Assembly (NCBI GenBank): GCA_051117555.1 | Contig: JBNPEG010000140.1 | Coordinates: 1 to 31,452, forward strand | DNA length: 31,452 nt | Direction: 5' to 3' | Source: Elainellaceae cyanobacterium | GTDB taxonomy: Bacteria > Cyanobacteriota > Cyanobacteriia > CAZCXK01 | In this document: positions 1 to 9,631 of the stretch, piece by piece | Layout of the letters: every line of letters starts with the position of its first letter | Position numbering within the stretch: the stretch's first letter is position 1 | The notes under the pieces: model-generated | The model's database searches: none | Told to the model about the DNA's origin: nothing | What the model saw: the letters and a program-made list of their open reading frames with translations, nothing else | Translations under genes and position numbers: made by a program

Positions 1-59
1 AACTCCTGGCTGTATTACTACACTTTGTTTACTGTACGTGAATTTTAATAACAATGGAG

Positions 60-67
60 GCGATCGC
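60..67. repeat. HIP1 octamer GCGATCGC (one example of many across the window)
   Basis: The palindrome recurs throughout, mostly inside CDS, where it often encodes AIA or DR. It is a well-known cyanobacterial genome signature. Confidence 0.9.
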
Positions 68-126
68 CATAGCCGTCTTTTACCAAGGTCACCAGGGCTA
101 GATTGGCAGAATATAGGCAATCGCCG

Positions 127-564
127 TCAGGGTAAGTACTTTTGCACGACAATCCACCCTGAGAGTGAAACTGCCATAAATCCAAAAAATAGCAGAATAT
201 TGATTCCAACATGTAGACGACGAGCCCAAGGCCGCTGAGGACTGATGCGAGTAGCACTCCATGCCGATATTAGAGTGAGCGTTACAACGATCAACCCGGC
301 AGGTAGGTGGAGCGAGTGCCCCAGGTCACCATAATGCCCAATCGTGCCCACAATACCAATCAGCAGCAGCAATAAGACGAGGGTGACTAAAAAACCGCCA
401 ACACTGTAGTGTAGTGGGCGCAACCATTGAGGACGAGGGCGTTTAGTGTGGCGATCGTAAAACATCCACCCCCCGGTGGATGCCAGCACGAAATATGCAA
501 AGATAGACAGCCCCATCGACCACGCTGCAATCCGCCAGAGCCATAAAAAAGACGGGAGATTCAA
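127..564 (-). CDS. DUF4079-family small membrane protein
   Basis: 145 aa with 4 hydrophobic segments and His residues in or near them (LRPLH, SLH, RRLH). The N-terminus MNLPSFLWLWRIAAWSMG resembles a conserved cyanobacterial family. TTG start. Confidence 0.75.
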   Translation of the reverse strand: MNLPSFLWLWRIAAWSMGLSIFAYFVLASTGGWMFYDRHTKRPRPQWLRPLHYSVGGFLVTLVLLLLLIGIVGTIGHYGDLGHSLHLPAGLIVVTLTLISAWSATRISPQRPWARRLHVGINILLFFGFMAVSLSGWIVVQKYLP

Positions 565-640
565 TGCTGGTAAACCTCACAAACCAGACAATCTTATTAT
601 CTCCCTTCTGTGAAAATTTGTAGATTTGCTGACGAAATGT

Positions 641-667
641 AAAAACCTGGAGTGTAAACCCCAGGTT
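641..667 (-). terminator. Putative intrinsic terminator
   Basis: Minus strand reads AACCTGGGGT-TTAC-ACTCCAGGTT-TTT: a 10-bp stem with one G-U pair that runs into a U-tract. Confidence 0.5.
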
Positions 668-978
668 GAAAATTCAGACAACTCTAACGAGCTAAAAGCA
701 TATTCAAGCAATGACACTGCATTTTTAACGTTTTAATCGACTCTATGAGAGTGGTTTGAAACTAACGCGAATGTTATCAAATCTGGTTATAAACTCTCAT
801 TAATCCAAATGCTTTGAACATCTAACTAAAATCAATCAAAATTCAGCCAGAGAGACAGTCTGATCAAATCGATAAGATTGCTACAGTTTCCTGACGAATA
901 AATTGACTAACAGGGGAACACATTTTTATTAAAGTGAATTCAGTCAACAATTAAGAGGAGAAGCACGATCATGAGTGG

Positions 979-1377
979 TTAACTCACTTTAAATGCAGTC
1001 GCAGCTAACATATCTTGCGAAGTCGAATCTCGATCTCTGGGATGAGAATCATCTAATTTGCTTTTCGATGGTGAAGGCTCTTCGCCTTCACGGTCTAAGA
1101 CCTCTGGAAACGTGCCTGATTCATCTTCGACTCGAAGCCGTGCGCACGGGATCGTATCCGACAAAATTGCACTTGCCATCATGCCGCAGTGAATCTCTAA
1201 CAGCGCCGTTGGAAGTGCCTCAAAGATGAGCCGCTGTCCAGGAAAAACAACGCGCTCAAAATACCAATTTGGTACATTTGTTATTCGAGCAATCTGAATC
1301 TTACTTGTCGCATTGATATAACAACAAACAATGGGATTCGAATATTCAGAAGGTACGGGATCAAAAATCTGAGCCAT
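979..1377 (-). CDS. DUF1830-domain protein
   Basis: Signature CCYINATSKIQIARITNVPNWYFERVVFPGQRLIFEA...LEIH-GMMASAILSDTIPC, typical of cyanobacterial DUF1830, followed by an acidic disordered tail. Confidence 0.85.
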   Translation of the reverse strand: MAQIFDPVPSEYSNPIVCCYINATSKIQIARITNVPNWYFERVVFPGQRLIFEALPTALLEIHCGMMASAILSDTIPCARLRVEDESGTFPEVLDREGEEPSPSKSKLDDSHPRDRDSTSQDMLAATAFKVS

Positions 1378-1419
1378 AACGATAGAGGAGCTTTACTAAA
1401 CATGTAGAATCACAATTAA

Positions 1420-1462
1420 ACGCTAACACTTTGTGATCCCTAGTGGCTGTAAACGCGACTAC
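1420..1462 (-). promoter_or_regulatory. Putative NtcA-activated promoter of the DUF1830 gene
   Basis: GTA-N8-TAC (GTAaacgcgacTAC, 1449-1462), then 23 nt, then a minus-strand TAN3T -10 box (TAGCGT, 1425-1420) preceded by TGn. Confidence 0.6.
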
Positions 1463-1790
1463 CAACCTACTCGTTCTCTGCCTAATTCAGTAAATTTCTG
1501 TTTATTATTGCAGGTAAAGATGAGTGAATTCTCAGGTCTCCACGGACGTTACAGACGACTCGACAATAGGAATATCGTTAATAGCTGTATTGCTGCTCTA
1601 TGTGAGGCTATCCATACTAGGCTATCCATACATTGCATCAGGCAAACCGATGGTGATTTCATGCATCCCTGAAGAGTCAGTGGTATCGTGAAGTTATGTG
1701 AAAAGCGCTTTCAGAATTCTCCTGGAGTAGATTCATCTGGAGATTTTGATGGACGTCCGTCCCTATAGTCGCACTCTAAATTCAGGCATC

Positions 1791-3365
1791 ATGAGCGATC
1801 GCATTCTTTACGTACGGCTTCCTTGCAACCCAATTTTTCCGATTGGTGTCGTTTACCTTGCCGATCACATTCATAAGCTGTTTCCCCATGTAGAGCAGCA
1901 GATTTTTGACCTGGGTGCGGTGCCGCCGCTTGATTTTGTATCTGCATTGGATCAGTGTATTGATCGGTTTCAGCCGACCTTATTAGTCTTTTCTTGGCGA
2001 GACATTCAGATTTATGCGCCAGTAGGGGGCCGGGGCGGCAATCCTCTCCAAAATGCGTTTGAGTTTTACTACGCCAGGAATCCTTTCATCAAACTGAGGG
2101 GAGCGCTCGGCGGGCTACGAATGGTCACAACTTATTTAGCTGAGCTTCGTCAGAATCTGAAGCTGATTCGCCGTGGATTCAAACGTGCCCGCTGCTATCA
2201 CCCCGATGCCAGACTCGTAGTCGGTGGGGGAGCTGTGAGCGTTTTTTATGAGCAGCTCGGCTCCATGCTTCCAAAGCAGTCTATCGTCTCGGTGGGCGAA
2301 GGTGAAACGTTGCTAGAGAGGCTGCTGCGGCACGAAGATTTTTCTGATCAGCGATGTTATGTCGTCGGTGAAACATCTCCGCGCGATCGCATGATTCATG
2401 AGCCGCCTACCCCACTAGAGAAAACGGCGTGTGATTACGACTACATCGACAGTATCTGGACTGAGTTCGAATACTATCTTCAAGAGCAAGATTTTTATAT
2501 CGGTGTACAAACGAAGCGAGGCTGTCCTCATAATTGCTGCTACTGCATCTATACGGTGGTTGAAGGGAAGCAGGTCAGAATCAACCCAGCCGATGAAGTC
2601 GTCGCTGAGATGAAGCAGCTTTATGACCGGGGCATCCGCAATTTTTGGTTTACCGATGCCCAGTTTATTCCTGCCCGTCGGTTTATGGATGACGCGGCTG
2701 AGCTCTTGCAGAAAATTTTGAATGCCGGAATGGAAGATATCCATTGGGCAGCCTATATTCGGGCAGACAATCTGACGCCTGATTTGTGCGACTTGATGGT
2801 TAAAACTGGCATGAATTACTTTGAAATCGGAATTACGAGCGGCTCTCAAGAGCTGGTGCGCAAGATGCGGATGGGGTACAACCTGCGGACCGTTTTAGAA
2901 AACTGCCGGGACTTAAAGGCTGCTGGATTCAACGACTTGGTGTCTGTTAATTATTCATTCAATGTCATCGATGAGCGTCCTGAAACCATTCGGCAGACGG
3001 TTGCTTACCATCGCGAACTTGAGAACATCTTTGGAGCCGATAAAGTAGAACCGGCAATTTTCTTCATCGGCTTGCAGCCCCATACCCATCTTGAGGATTT
3101 TGCGTTCAAGAACAATATTCTCAAAGAAGGATACAACCCGCTAAGCATCCATTTGCCCTGGGTTGCTAAGAAGCTTCTCTGGAATCCGGAGCCTCTCGGT
3201 TCATTCTTCGGGGATGTGTGTTTACAGGCGTGGCGACAAAATCCGAATGATTTTGGACGCGAGGTTATGTCAATCTTAGAACAACGGTTAGGGCGTGCCG
3301 ATTTAGAAGATGCATTGACTGCTCCAGTAACAGAAAAACCTAGGGAATTAGTCGCCGTTTCATAG
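1791..3365 (+). CDS. B12-binding radical SAM protein (PSII high-light acclimation radical SAM family, Slr0320-like)
   Basis: CxxxCxxC motif (RGCPHNCCYC); N-terminal cobalamin-binding-like region (PIGVVYLAD...VVGGGAVS); conserved start RILYVRLPCNPIFPIG. ATG 1791 is preferred over TTG 1746. Confidence 0.88.
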   Translation: MSDRILYVRLPCNPIFPIGVVYLADHIHKLFPHVEQQIFDLGAVPPLDFVSALDQCIDRFQPTLLVFSWRDIQIYAPVGGRGGNPLQNAFEFYYARNPFIKLRGALGGLRMVTTYLAELRQNLKLIRRGFKRARCYHPDARLVVGGGAVSVFYEQLGSMLPKQSIVSVGEGETLLERLLRHEDFSDQRCYVVGETSPRDRMIHEPPTPLEKTACDYDYIDSIWTEFEYYLQEQDFYIGVQTKRGCPHNCCYCIYTVVEGKQVRINPADEVVAEMKQLYDRGIRNFWFTDAQFIPARRFMDDAAELLQKILNAGMEDIHWAAYIRADNLTPDLCDLMVKTGMNYFEIGITSGSQELVRKMRMGYNLRTVLENCRDLKAAGFNDLVSVNYSFNVIDERPETIRQTVAYHRELENIFGADKVEPAIFFIGLQPHTHLEDFAFKNNILKEGYNPLSIHLPWVAKKLLWNPEPLGSFFGDVCLQAWRQNPNDFGREVMSILEQRLGRADLEDALTAPVTEKPRELVAVS

Positions 3366-3440
3366 GTCAATTTTCTTATCTAGGTCAATGCTTGCTTGTT
3401 TCGATGTTTAATGTCTCGTCTGTGATACCTTAATTTACTT

Positions 3441-4928
3441 ATGTTAGAAGGCTCGATTTTACAAAAGCTCGGGGAGGCTCATCACCCCGCTGTCGGAAGT
3501 GGACGCCCTCTTAATTTTGGGGTCTATTACAAAAATACGTTGGTTGCATTGTGCCATGCATTGGAAGATTCTATCTTGTCAATGGATTGTCACCCGCTCG
3601 TTATTGCTGCATTTCAGCGAGGCAAGTGGTATTTGCAAGAAGCCGATCGCTATGGAGACATTGCCGATCGCGCGGAAAAGATTGTGATCATGGCGTCTCC
3701 CGATACTGGCTTTCAAGAGCATCCTACTAGCCAGCGCTCGAATGTGTCGTTGGTGAGTTTGAATGACGATGATCCGGTTGCACAGGAATGGCATCTGATT
3801 ATTTCGTCGCCCGACTACACGGCGATGGTGCTATGCCAGGAGCTTTCCGCCGAAGACTACGGGCCGGCAGGAGTGCCTGATGATGATTTAGAGCGAAAAT
3901 TCTACGGATTTTGGACGTTTGAGTCTAATTTGGTGTTAGAGACGACCAATTTGGCGATCGCCCATTTGGATCAGTATGCTCCTGAGCTTCATCAGTCGCT
4001 CGTTCGTCATGTCGAGCACATTCGCCATCAGGCTCAGCAGCCGACCGAACTGGGGAGCTCGCCTACCGTTGAAAGCATTGGCGATGTTGCATCGCGAGTC
4101 GTCGACTATCTCCAGACCAGTCAGGATGACTTAGCGACTGGACACTCTGACGAAGCATTTGAATCCACCAAGCTAGACAACAATTTGGTGTCCAATGAGT
4201 TGCAGACCTTTCTGCGAATTGCTCAACTGATGGACCAGTCCGATGTGAGTAATCCAATGGCAGGTGCAGAGGTTGCCGCCCTGGCTGAAGCCATGGCACA
4301 AGTGCTAGATCTTCCGGCGTGGCAGCTTCATCGCTTGCGCCTAGCGGGGCTGTTGCATAGATTGGCATTTCTGCAGGGCACCAGCGAAATTCTAAGTCCG
4401 ACCACATCGCCCCGATATCCAGACCTCGACCCAACCGCACCTCCATCATGTCCGCTCAATTTGGGTGTGCAGGTGTTACGGGTGATGCCACGATTGCGTG
4501 CGATATCCACCATCATTACCCATCAGACTGAGCGCTGGGATGGGACAGGGCAACCCGGCGGGTTAGCTGGGGATGAAATTCCATTGGAGTCGAGGATTTT
4601 AGGACTGATTGCTGAATTTCAACAGCAGTTGGCTCAGCGTTGCCCCAATGACACTGGAGCGAGTCGCTTTGATGGAACTAAACATCCAGAGTGTCTTGAT
4701 GAAGCCTTAGAAGTTTGTTCGGCTCAATCGGGCGATCGCTGGGATCCCAAACTGGTCGAAGCACTTACGCTGCTTGTTAACGGGCTAAAACAGGGAATAA
4801 ATTTGTCAGTCTCGATGCCCAAAATTGCGGCAGGGCTTTGGATGCTCGATTCACACTCGAAAGACGATCTCCTTCAGTTGTACAGTGGAATGGAGTTTAC
4901 CGAAACTTCGGGATCACCTGTAAATTAG
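3441..4928 (+). CDS. DICT sensory domain plus degenerate HD-GYP-type domain protein
   Basis: N-terminal DICT motifs (YYKNTLVALCHALED, AAFQRGKWY, EWHLII, FYGFWTF). The C-terminus ERWDGTGQPGGLAGDEIPLESRI...RWDPKLVEAL resembles the HD-GYP fold. Confidence 0.85.
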   Translation: MLEGSILQKLGEAHHPAVGSGRPLNFGVYYKNTLVALCHALEDSILSMDCHPLVIAAFQRGKWYLQEADRYGDIADRAEKIVIMASPDTGFQEHPTSQRSNVSLVSLNDDDPVAQEWHLIISSPDYTAMVLCQELSAEDYGPAGVPDDDLERKFYGFWTFESNLVLETTNLAIAHLDQYAPELHQSLVRHVEHIRHQAQQPTELGSSPTVESIGDVASRVVDYLQTSQDDLATGHSDEAFESTKLDNNLVSNELQTFLRIAQLMDQSDVSNPMAGAEVAALAEAMAQVLDLPAWQLHRLRLAGLLHRLAFLQGTSEILSPTTSPRYPDLDPTAPPSCPLNLGVQVLRVMPRLRAISTIITHQTERWDGTGQPGGLAGDEIPLESRILGLIAEFQQQLAQRCPNDTGASRFDGTKHPECLDEALEVCSAQSGDRWDPKLVEALTLLVNGLKQGINLSVSMPKIAAGLWMLDSHSKDDLLQLYSGMEFTETSGSPVN

Positions 4929-4937
4929 GCTGAAGAC

Positions 4938-5567
4938 ATGGATATTGATGCAATTCGTTCAGGTAAGTTTGAGCATCTCGCGGGGTCTGATTTAGAAGAC
5001 GAAAATCTGGCTCACGTTGATCTGAGTCGCGTTAATCTTGCCGGAGCAAATCTGATGGGGACAGATTTGAGCCATGCTAAGCTCAATGGGGCGAGGTTGG
5101 ATGGAGCAAATCTGATTGGCAGTCAGCTCGTTGGGGCTGATTTGCGAGCGAATTTATTAGGTGCAAATTTAATGCAGGCTAACTTGACCGAAGCGGATTT
5201 GCGAGGCGCAAATCTTCGGGGTGCAAATCTAATGCAAGCTAGCCTTACTCGAACAGCATTTGTCGGCGCGTTTTTGAGTGGAGCGAACCTGATGAATGTC
5301 AATTTAGAAGGAGTTGACCTGCGCGGTGCAGACTTGCGTGGGGCAAATCTCAGTGGCGCCAATTTGTCGGGCGTCAATTTAACTCAAGCTGATCTTCAAG
5401 GAACACTACTCGTTGAAGCGAGCTTAGAAGAGGCAGACCTGCGAGATGCGAATTTGTCGGGTGCAAATCTGTCGGGCGCGAATCTGCTGTGTGCAGAATT
5501 AGAGGGAGCAAATATAAAGGGCGCAAATCTGGTAGGAGCCTGTTTAATCGGTACGATTTTAGCCTAG
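4938..5567 (+). CDS. Pentapeptide repeat protein
   Basis: Almost entirely A(D/N)Lxx repeats; starts 9 nt after the DICT gene stop, so probably co-transcribed. Confidence 0.95.
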   Translation: MDIDAIRSGKFEHLAGSDLEDENLAHVDLSRVNLAGANLMGTDLSHAKLNGARLDGANLIGSQLVGADLRANLLGANLMQANLTEADLRGANLRGANLMQASLTRTAFVGAFLSGANLMNVNLEGVDLRGADLRGANLSGANLSGVNLTQADLQGTLLVEASLEEADLRDANLSGANLSGANLLCAELEGANIKGANLVGACLIGTILA

Positions 5568-5684
5568 TACCGTTTGGCAGCAATAAGCCGACCATTTGAG
5601 AGCGGACATCTTGCCCGCGGCGTGAACGAGACGCTCACACTATGGGTATGAAACTTCCGCCGTCTTGTACTAGTTCTCCCGAAC

Positions 5685-5781
5685 TATAGCGCTATGCAAA
5701 TAGGTATAATCACGGAGGTGCGTGGGCGCGCCGCGCCACACACCTCCGCTTTTGTACTGAACGCAACTGCAAGTTGCTACA
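5685..5781. repeat. ~95-bp dispersed palindromic element (MITE-like), copy A
   Basis: TATAGC...GCTACA ends; central hairpin CGGAGGTGCGTGG...CCACACACCTCCG; alignable to the copies at 16392 and 20252. Confidence 0.7.
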
Positions 5782-5788
5782 AACCAAA

Positions 5789-7702
5789 CTAAGGATTTTT
5801 GGAGAGTGCTAACTGGCTCTCTGGGAGCGTTGCATGCGCTGCTACAATTTGGCGAAACCGTTCACCATCAATTGTTTCTTCTTCAATCAATAGATCGGCT
5901 AACCGATCGATCAGGGGACGATTTTCTCGGATAATCGATCGCGCTTCTTCATAACATTTACAGACGATAGTGCGAATTTGACGATCGATTTTGGTGGCCA
6001 TTTCTTCAGAATATTCGTGTCCTTGATTGACTAAACCGCGTCCTAGAAAAACTTCGTTGCCAGCACTTTCCATCGCAAACGATCCTAGATCAGACATGCC
6101 ATAGTGAGTCACCATTCGGCGAGCATAATCTGCAACGGCTCTCAGGTCGCCCGACGCGCCTTTGGTCACCTCTGCATGGCCAAAGATTTCTTCTTCAGAT
6201 GCGCGCCCTCCTAGATATACCGTGATTAAATCCAATAGCTCAGCGCGGCTTTGCAATCCATCATCAATACCTTCGCTGCTCAGCAGGGGTTTGGCAAATC
6301 CACCGATGCCCCCAGAGCGGGGAATAATCGTCACTTTGTCTAGCGGGTCGGTATGATCTAACAGCGTCATCAGCAGCGCATGCCCTAATTCGTGATAAGC
6401 GATCAGCCGTTTTTTCTTGCCGTCCATGAGAGGGTTTAGGGTCATGCCAATGGTCACTCGGTCGATAGCGTCTTCGATTTCTGCGATTGAAATCGCATCT
6501 TTGCGCCGACGAGCCGTGAGAATTGCTGCTTCGTTTAGCATGTTGGCAAGGTCTGCACCCGAGAACCCTGGGGTGCGCTGGGCGATCGCATCGAGAGAGA
6601 CATCAGAATCTAGCTTTTTATTGCGGGCATGAACTTCTAAGATACCAAGCCGTCCTTTGTAACCCGGCAAATCAACCGTAACTTGGCGATCGAATCGTCC
6701 AGGTCGCAACAGCGCAGAATCTAACACATCGGGGCGGTTTGTTGCGGCAATGATGATGATGCCAGTGTTGTTCTCGAAGCCGTCCATCTCGGTTAGCAAC
6801 TGGTTGAGAGTCTGTTCTCGTTCATCGTTACCCCCGCCAATACCCGCTCCTCGCTGACGACCCACGGCGTCAATCTCATCAATAAAAATAATGCAGGGTG
6901 CGCTTTCTTTGGCTCGCTTGAAGAGATCGCGAACGCGAGACGCACCTACTCCCACAAACATTTCAACAAATTCAGACCCAGAAATACTGAAAAAAGGAAC
7001 GCCTGCCTCGCCAGCGATCGCCTTTGCTAGAAGGGTTTTTCCGGTTCCAGGCGGACCAATCAGTAGCACCCCATTCGGGATCCGGGCACCGACTGCTGTA
7101 AAGCGTTCAGGCTGCTTCAAAAATGAAACGACCTCTTGCAGTTCTTCCTTGGCTTCCTCAATGCCTGCAACGTCGTCAAACATCACGCCTGTTTTGGCTT
7201 CCATTTGGAAGCGGGCTTTTGATTTCCCGAAGCTCATGGCTTGCCCAGACGAATTGCTCGAGCGTCGCAGGATAATTACTAGCCCTCCAATAATCAGGAA
7301 GGCAATTAATGCATGGGTCACTAACCACGCTGCAGCACTATTATCAGCGGAGGGTTGCACCTCAAGCTCGACATCGTTATTTCGAGCAGCCTCGATGAGT
7401 TCGGGGTTGCGATCGCCCTCAAATAACGTCACCTCCCTGATATCTTCGGGATCAGGTTGGTTTTTAAGCTCGACTTCAGCCACGTTCCGAGTCGAGTCAA
7501 TACGAATACGAGACACTGCGCCTGAACGAATCCGTTCAAGTAAATCGCTATAGCTCATGGGGTCTTCCCCAGTTTGTGCCAATGCCGGACTAATGGGCAT
7601 CACACTTTGCATCATCATCCAAGCAGCAGCAATAGTGCCTGTGATGACGGATGCTTTAATTGGCGATCGCTTGATGAATCTCTTTTTCCCTAACTGCTTC
7701 AT
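5789..7702 (-). CDS. ftsH: ATP-dependent zinc metalloprotease FtsH
   Basis: Two N-terminal hydrophobic segments; Walker A GPPGTGKT; Walker [31 protein letters not shown]; zinc motif HELGH. Start is uncertain (7702 or 7756). Confidence 0.96.
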   Translation of the reverse strand: MKQLGKKRFIKRSPIKASVITGTIAAAWMMMQSVMPISPALAQTGEDPMSYSDLLERIRSGAVSRIRIDSTRNVAEVELKNQPDPEDIREVTLFEGDRNPELIEAARNNDVELEVQPSADNSAAAWLVTHALIAFLIIGGLVIILRRSSNSSGQAMSFGKSKARFQMEAKTGVMFDDVAGIEEAKEELQEVVSFLKQPERFTAVGARIPNGVLLIGPPGTGKTLLAKAIAGEAGVPFFSISGSEFVEMFVGVGASRVRDLFKRAKESAPCIIFIDEIDAVGRQRGAGIGGGNDEREQTLNQLLTEMDGFENNTGIIIIAATNRPDVLDSALLRPGRFDRQVTVDLPGYKGRLGILEVHARNKKLDSDVSLDAIAQRTPGFSGADLANMLNEAAILTARRRKDAISIAEIEDAIDRVTIGMTLNPLMDGKKKRLIAYHELGHALLMTLLDHTDPLDKVTIIPRSGGIGGFAKPLLSSEGIDDGLQSRAELLDLITVYLGGRASEEEIFGHAEVTKGASGDLRAVADYARRMVTHYGMSDLGSFAMESAGNEVFLGRGLVNQGHEYSEEMATKIDRQIRTIVCKCYEEARSIIRENRPLIDRLADLLIEEETIDGERFRQIVAAHATLPESQLALSKNP

Positions 7703-7918
7703 AAGACTGCCTTTCCGGCTACTACAGCTAACGTCTAAAACCACACGGTCTAACATTGATTGATGTTAATGCACTCATCTATTTTGCAACGTTTCTCAAG
7801 TCACCGCACGCATCACCCCTTGGAGAATAACCCCACCCCGTAGAGCACATCACTGCGAAATCCAGCATTAATTCTTTTGTAAATCTAGTCTAGCCTTACT
7901 TCTCTGATACCTTCCCTG

Positions 7919-8010
7919 TATAGCAATCCCAAATAGGTTGTGAGCGGTGGGGCGGTCGCCACCCGCCCCACCGCTCACACGCAATACCCAAGCGATTTAG
8001 GATCGCTATC
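7919..8010. repeat. ~92-bp dispersed palindromic element, copy D
   Basis: TATAGCAATCCCAAAT...ATTTAGGATCGCTAT terminal inverted repeats; perfect 17-bp internal stem TGTGAGCGGTGGGGCGG/CCGCCCCACCGCTCACA. Confidence 0.75.
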
Positions 8011-8130
8011 TCAGATTAAGGAAATCTACATACTAATCGATACCGCTTGAGCAATAATTCTAGCGCATAAATCATACTCATAACGAGTACACATTAGATA
8101 TACTATCAAGCAGACCCTGTTTAATCGTTA

Positions 8131-8170
8131 CATTGCCTCAAATTGCCTCAAATTGCCTCGAATTGCCTCA
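8131..8170. repeat. Tandem repeat, 4 x 10 bp (AATTGCCTCA)
   Basis: cattgcctca aattgcctca aattgcctcg aattgcctca, upstream of the FMN reductase gene. Confidence 0.9.
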
Positions 8171-8242
8171 AACAATTGATGACGCATAGACGCTGACGAT
8201 TGAACGGTATTCCTATCTCCACCACAATGAGGATTTAAATGC

Positions 8243-8788
8243 ATGGTTAACATCGTTGGTATTGGAGGAAGTCTCAGACCTGATTCATATAGCTATCTGG
8301 CACTAGAACTAGCTGCTCAGCGGGTAATCGCCTTGGGAGCTTCCGTCGAAATCCTTGATTTGCGCACGATGAATCTTCCGTTTTGTAATGGCGGAAACGA
8401 CTATCCTGACTATCCGGATGTCGCTCGGCTGCGGCAAGCCGTTCAGCGGGCCGACGGGCTAATTCTGGCAACCCCGGAATATCACGGCAGTGTCAGCGGT
8501 GTGATCAAGAATGCACTCGATTTGATGAGCTTTGATGAACTTTCAGATAAAGTCACTGGGGTTATTAGCGTATTAGGAGGGCAGAGCAATAGCAATGCTC
8601 TAAACGACCTCCGGCTGATTATGAGATGGGTGCACGGATGGGTGATTCCAGAGCAAATTGCCATCGGGCAAGCATGGAATGCGTTCGATGACGGCAAACT
8701 TGTCGATGAAAAGCTGTCTCAGCGTTTTGATGCATTTGCTCAGAGTTTGGTCGAAAACACGCGCAAACTCCGCGGGATTGTTCGCTAA
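8243..8788 (+). CDS. NADPH-dependent FMN reductase (flavodoxin-like fold)
   Basis: GSLRPDSYS and ADGLILATPEYHGSVSGVIKNALD motifs; RBS GAGGA upstream. Confidence 0.93.
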   Translation: MVNIVGIGGSLRPDSYSYLALELAAQRVIALGASVEILDLRTMNLPFCNGGNDYPDYPDVARLRQAVQRADGLILATPEYHGSVSGVIKNALDLMSFDELSDKVTGVISVLGGQSNSNALNDLRLIMRWVHGWVIPEQIAIGQAWNAFDDGKLVDEKLSQRFDAFAQSLVENTRKLRGIVR

Positions 8789-9069
8789 GCCTCGTTGCTG
8801 TCTCCTGTCCAGAGCAGGCGAACGGCCATGAGGGAAAATCCGATGGCGGCGATCGCCTTTACCCAACGAATTGGCAGCAGTTGTGCCGTGCCTCCACCCA
8901 CTAGCACCCCGAGCAGACTGGCCAATAATAGGGCTGCTGAAGCCCCTAAAAACACTGCCCGCAATGATTTTGCATTGCTGCTGAGGGCGATCGCCGCTAG
9001 CTGGCTTTTATCGCCTAGTTCAGACACAAACACGGTAATAAAGCTGAGACTGAGTAGATTCCAATCCAT
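8785..9069 (-). CDS. TMEM165/GDT1 (UPF0016) half-size Mn2+/Ca2+ transporter subunit
   Basis: ELGDKSQ motif (E-x-G-D-K-[TS]) and 3 TM helices. Confidence 0.9.
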   Translation of the reverse strand: MDWNLLSLSFITVFVSELGDKSQLAAIALSSNAKSLRAVFLGASAALLLASLLGVLVGGGTAQLLPIRWVKAIAAIGFSLMAVRLLWTGDSNEA

Positions 9070-9082
9070 AGCGGTATGAGGT

Positions 9083-9487
9083 TTAACCTAATTGCACAAC
9101 ATCCCATAGCAAAAGCACGGCAATCACGAGCAAAATCGTGCCTGTTACAGTTTCTAGCGTTTGTATAGAAACTCGCTTTGATAACCATTTGCCCACTAGC
9201 ACGCCAAGAAGACTGGTTAAAACTAGAGCAAAGCCTGCGCCAGTAAAGACAACCCAAGGCGATTGCGACTCAGCACTCATCAGCAAGGTTGTGATTTGAG
9301 TCTTATCCCCGATTTCTGCAACAAAAACCGTTAGAAACGTTGAAAAGAAAATTCTCACCTCGGGGGGAGTCGGCTTAGGAAGGGGGATAGAGGGCTGAGA
9401 AAAAGATCGAGGCTCAGATGTCGATAAGTCTGACGGGGATGCCTCAACGTCATGGGATGAGAGTGGAGTGGAATTAGGATGGCTCAA
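9083..9487 (-). CDS. TMEM165/GDT1 (UPF0016) half-size transporter subunit with Ser/Pro-rich N-terminal tail
   Basis: EIGDKTQ motif and 3 TM helices; 13 nt upstream of the partner gene. TTG start is uncertain. Confidence 0.88.
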   Translation of the reverse strand: MSHPNSTPLSSHDVEASPSDLSTSEPRSFSQPSIPLPKPTPPEVRIFFSTFLTVFVAEIGDKTQITTLLMSAESQSPWVVFTGAGFALVLTSLLGVLVGKWLSKRVSIQTLETVTGTILLVIAVLLLWDVVQLG

Positions 9488-9631
9488 TGGATTCGGCAGT
9501 AGTTGACGAACAGCATAAGATGCGTTTTACGGATCAAATTACGCACCTACGTAACGAATTGCTAATTTCACATTCTTTTCATTTTATCCCCGACTGCTCC
9601 CCAAAAAGCAACCCTCTTGACACTCGTGTTG

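Noticed and set aside
1433..1672. 79-aa ORF between DUF1830 and the radical SAM gene
   Set aside because: It overlaps the predicted promoter elements and has a GTG start with no RBS and no recognisable features.
4938..5567. 15-bp periodic DNA repeats
   Set aside because: Fully explained by pentapeptide-repeat coding.
6162..7763. Plus-strand ORFs of up to 220 aa opposite ftsH
   Set aside because: Antisense shadows of a highly conserved gene, with no recognisable motifs.
8785..9487. Frameshifted or pseudogenised full-length GDT1 transporter
   Set aside because: Each half has its own start, motif and 3 TMs, and two-gene UPF0016 pairs are an established arrangement.
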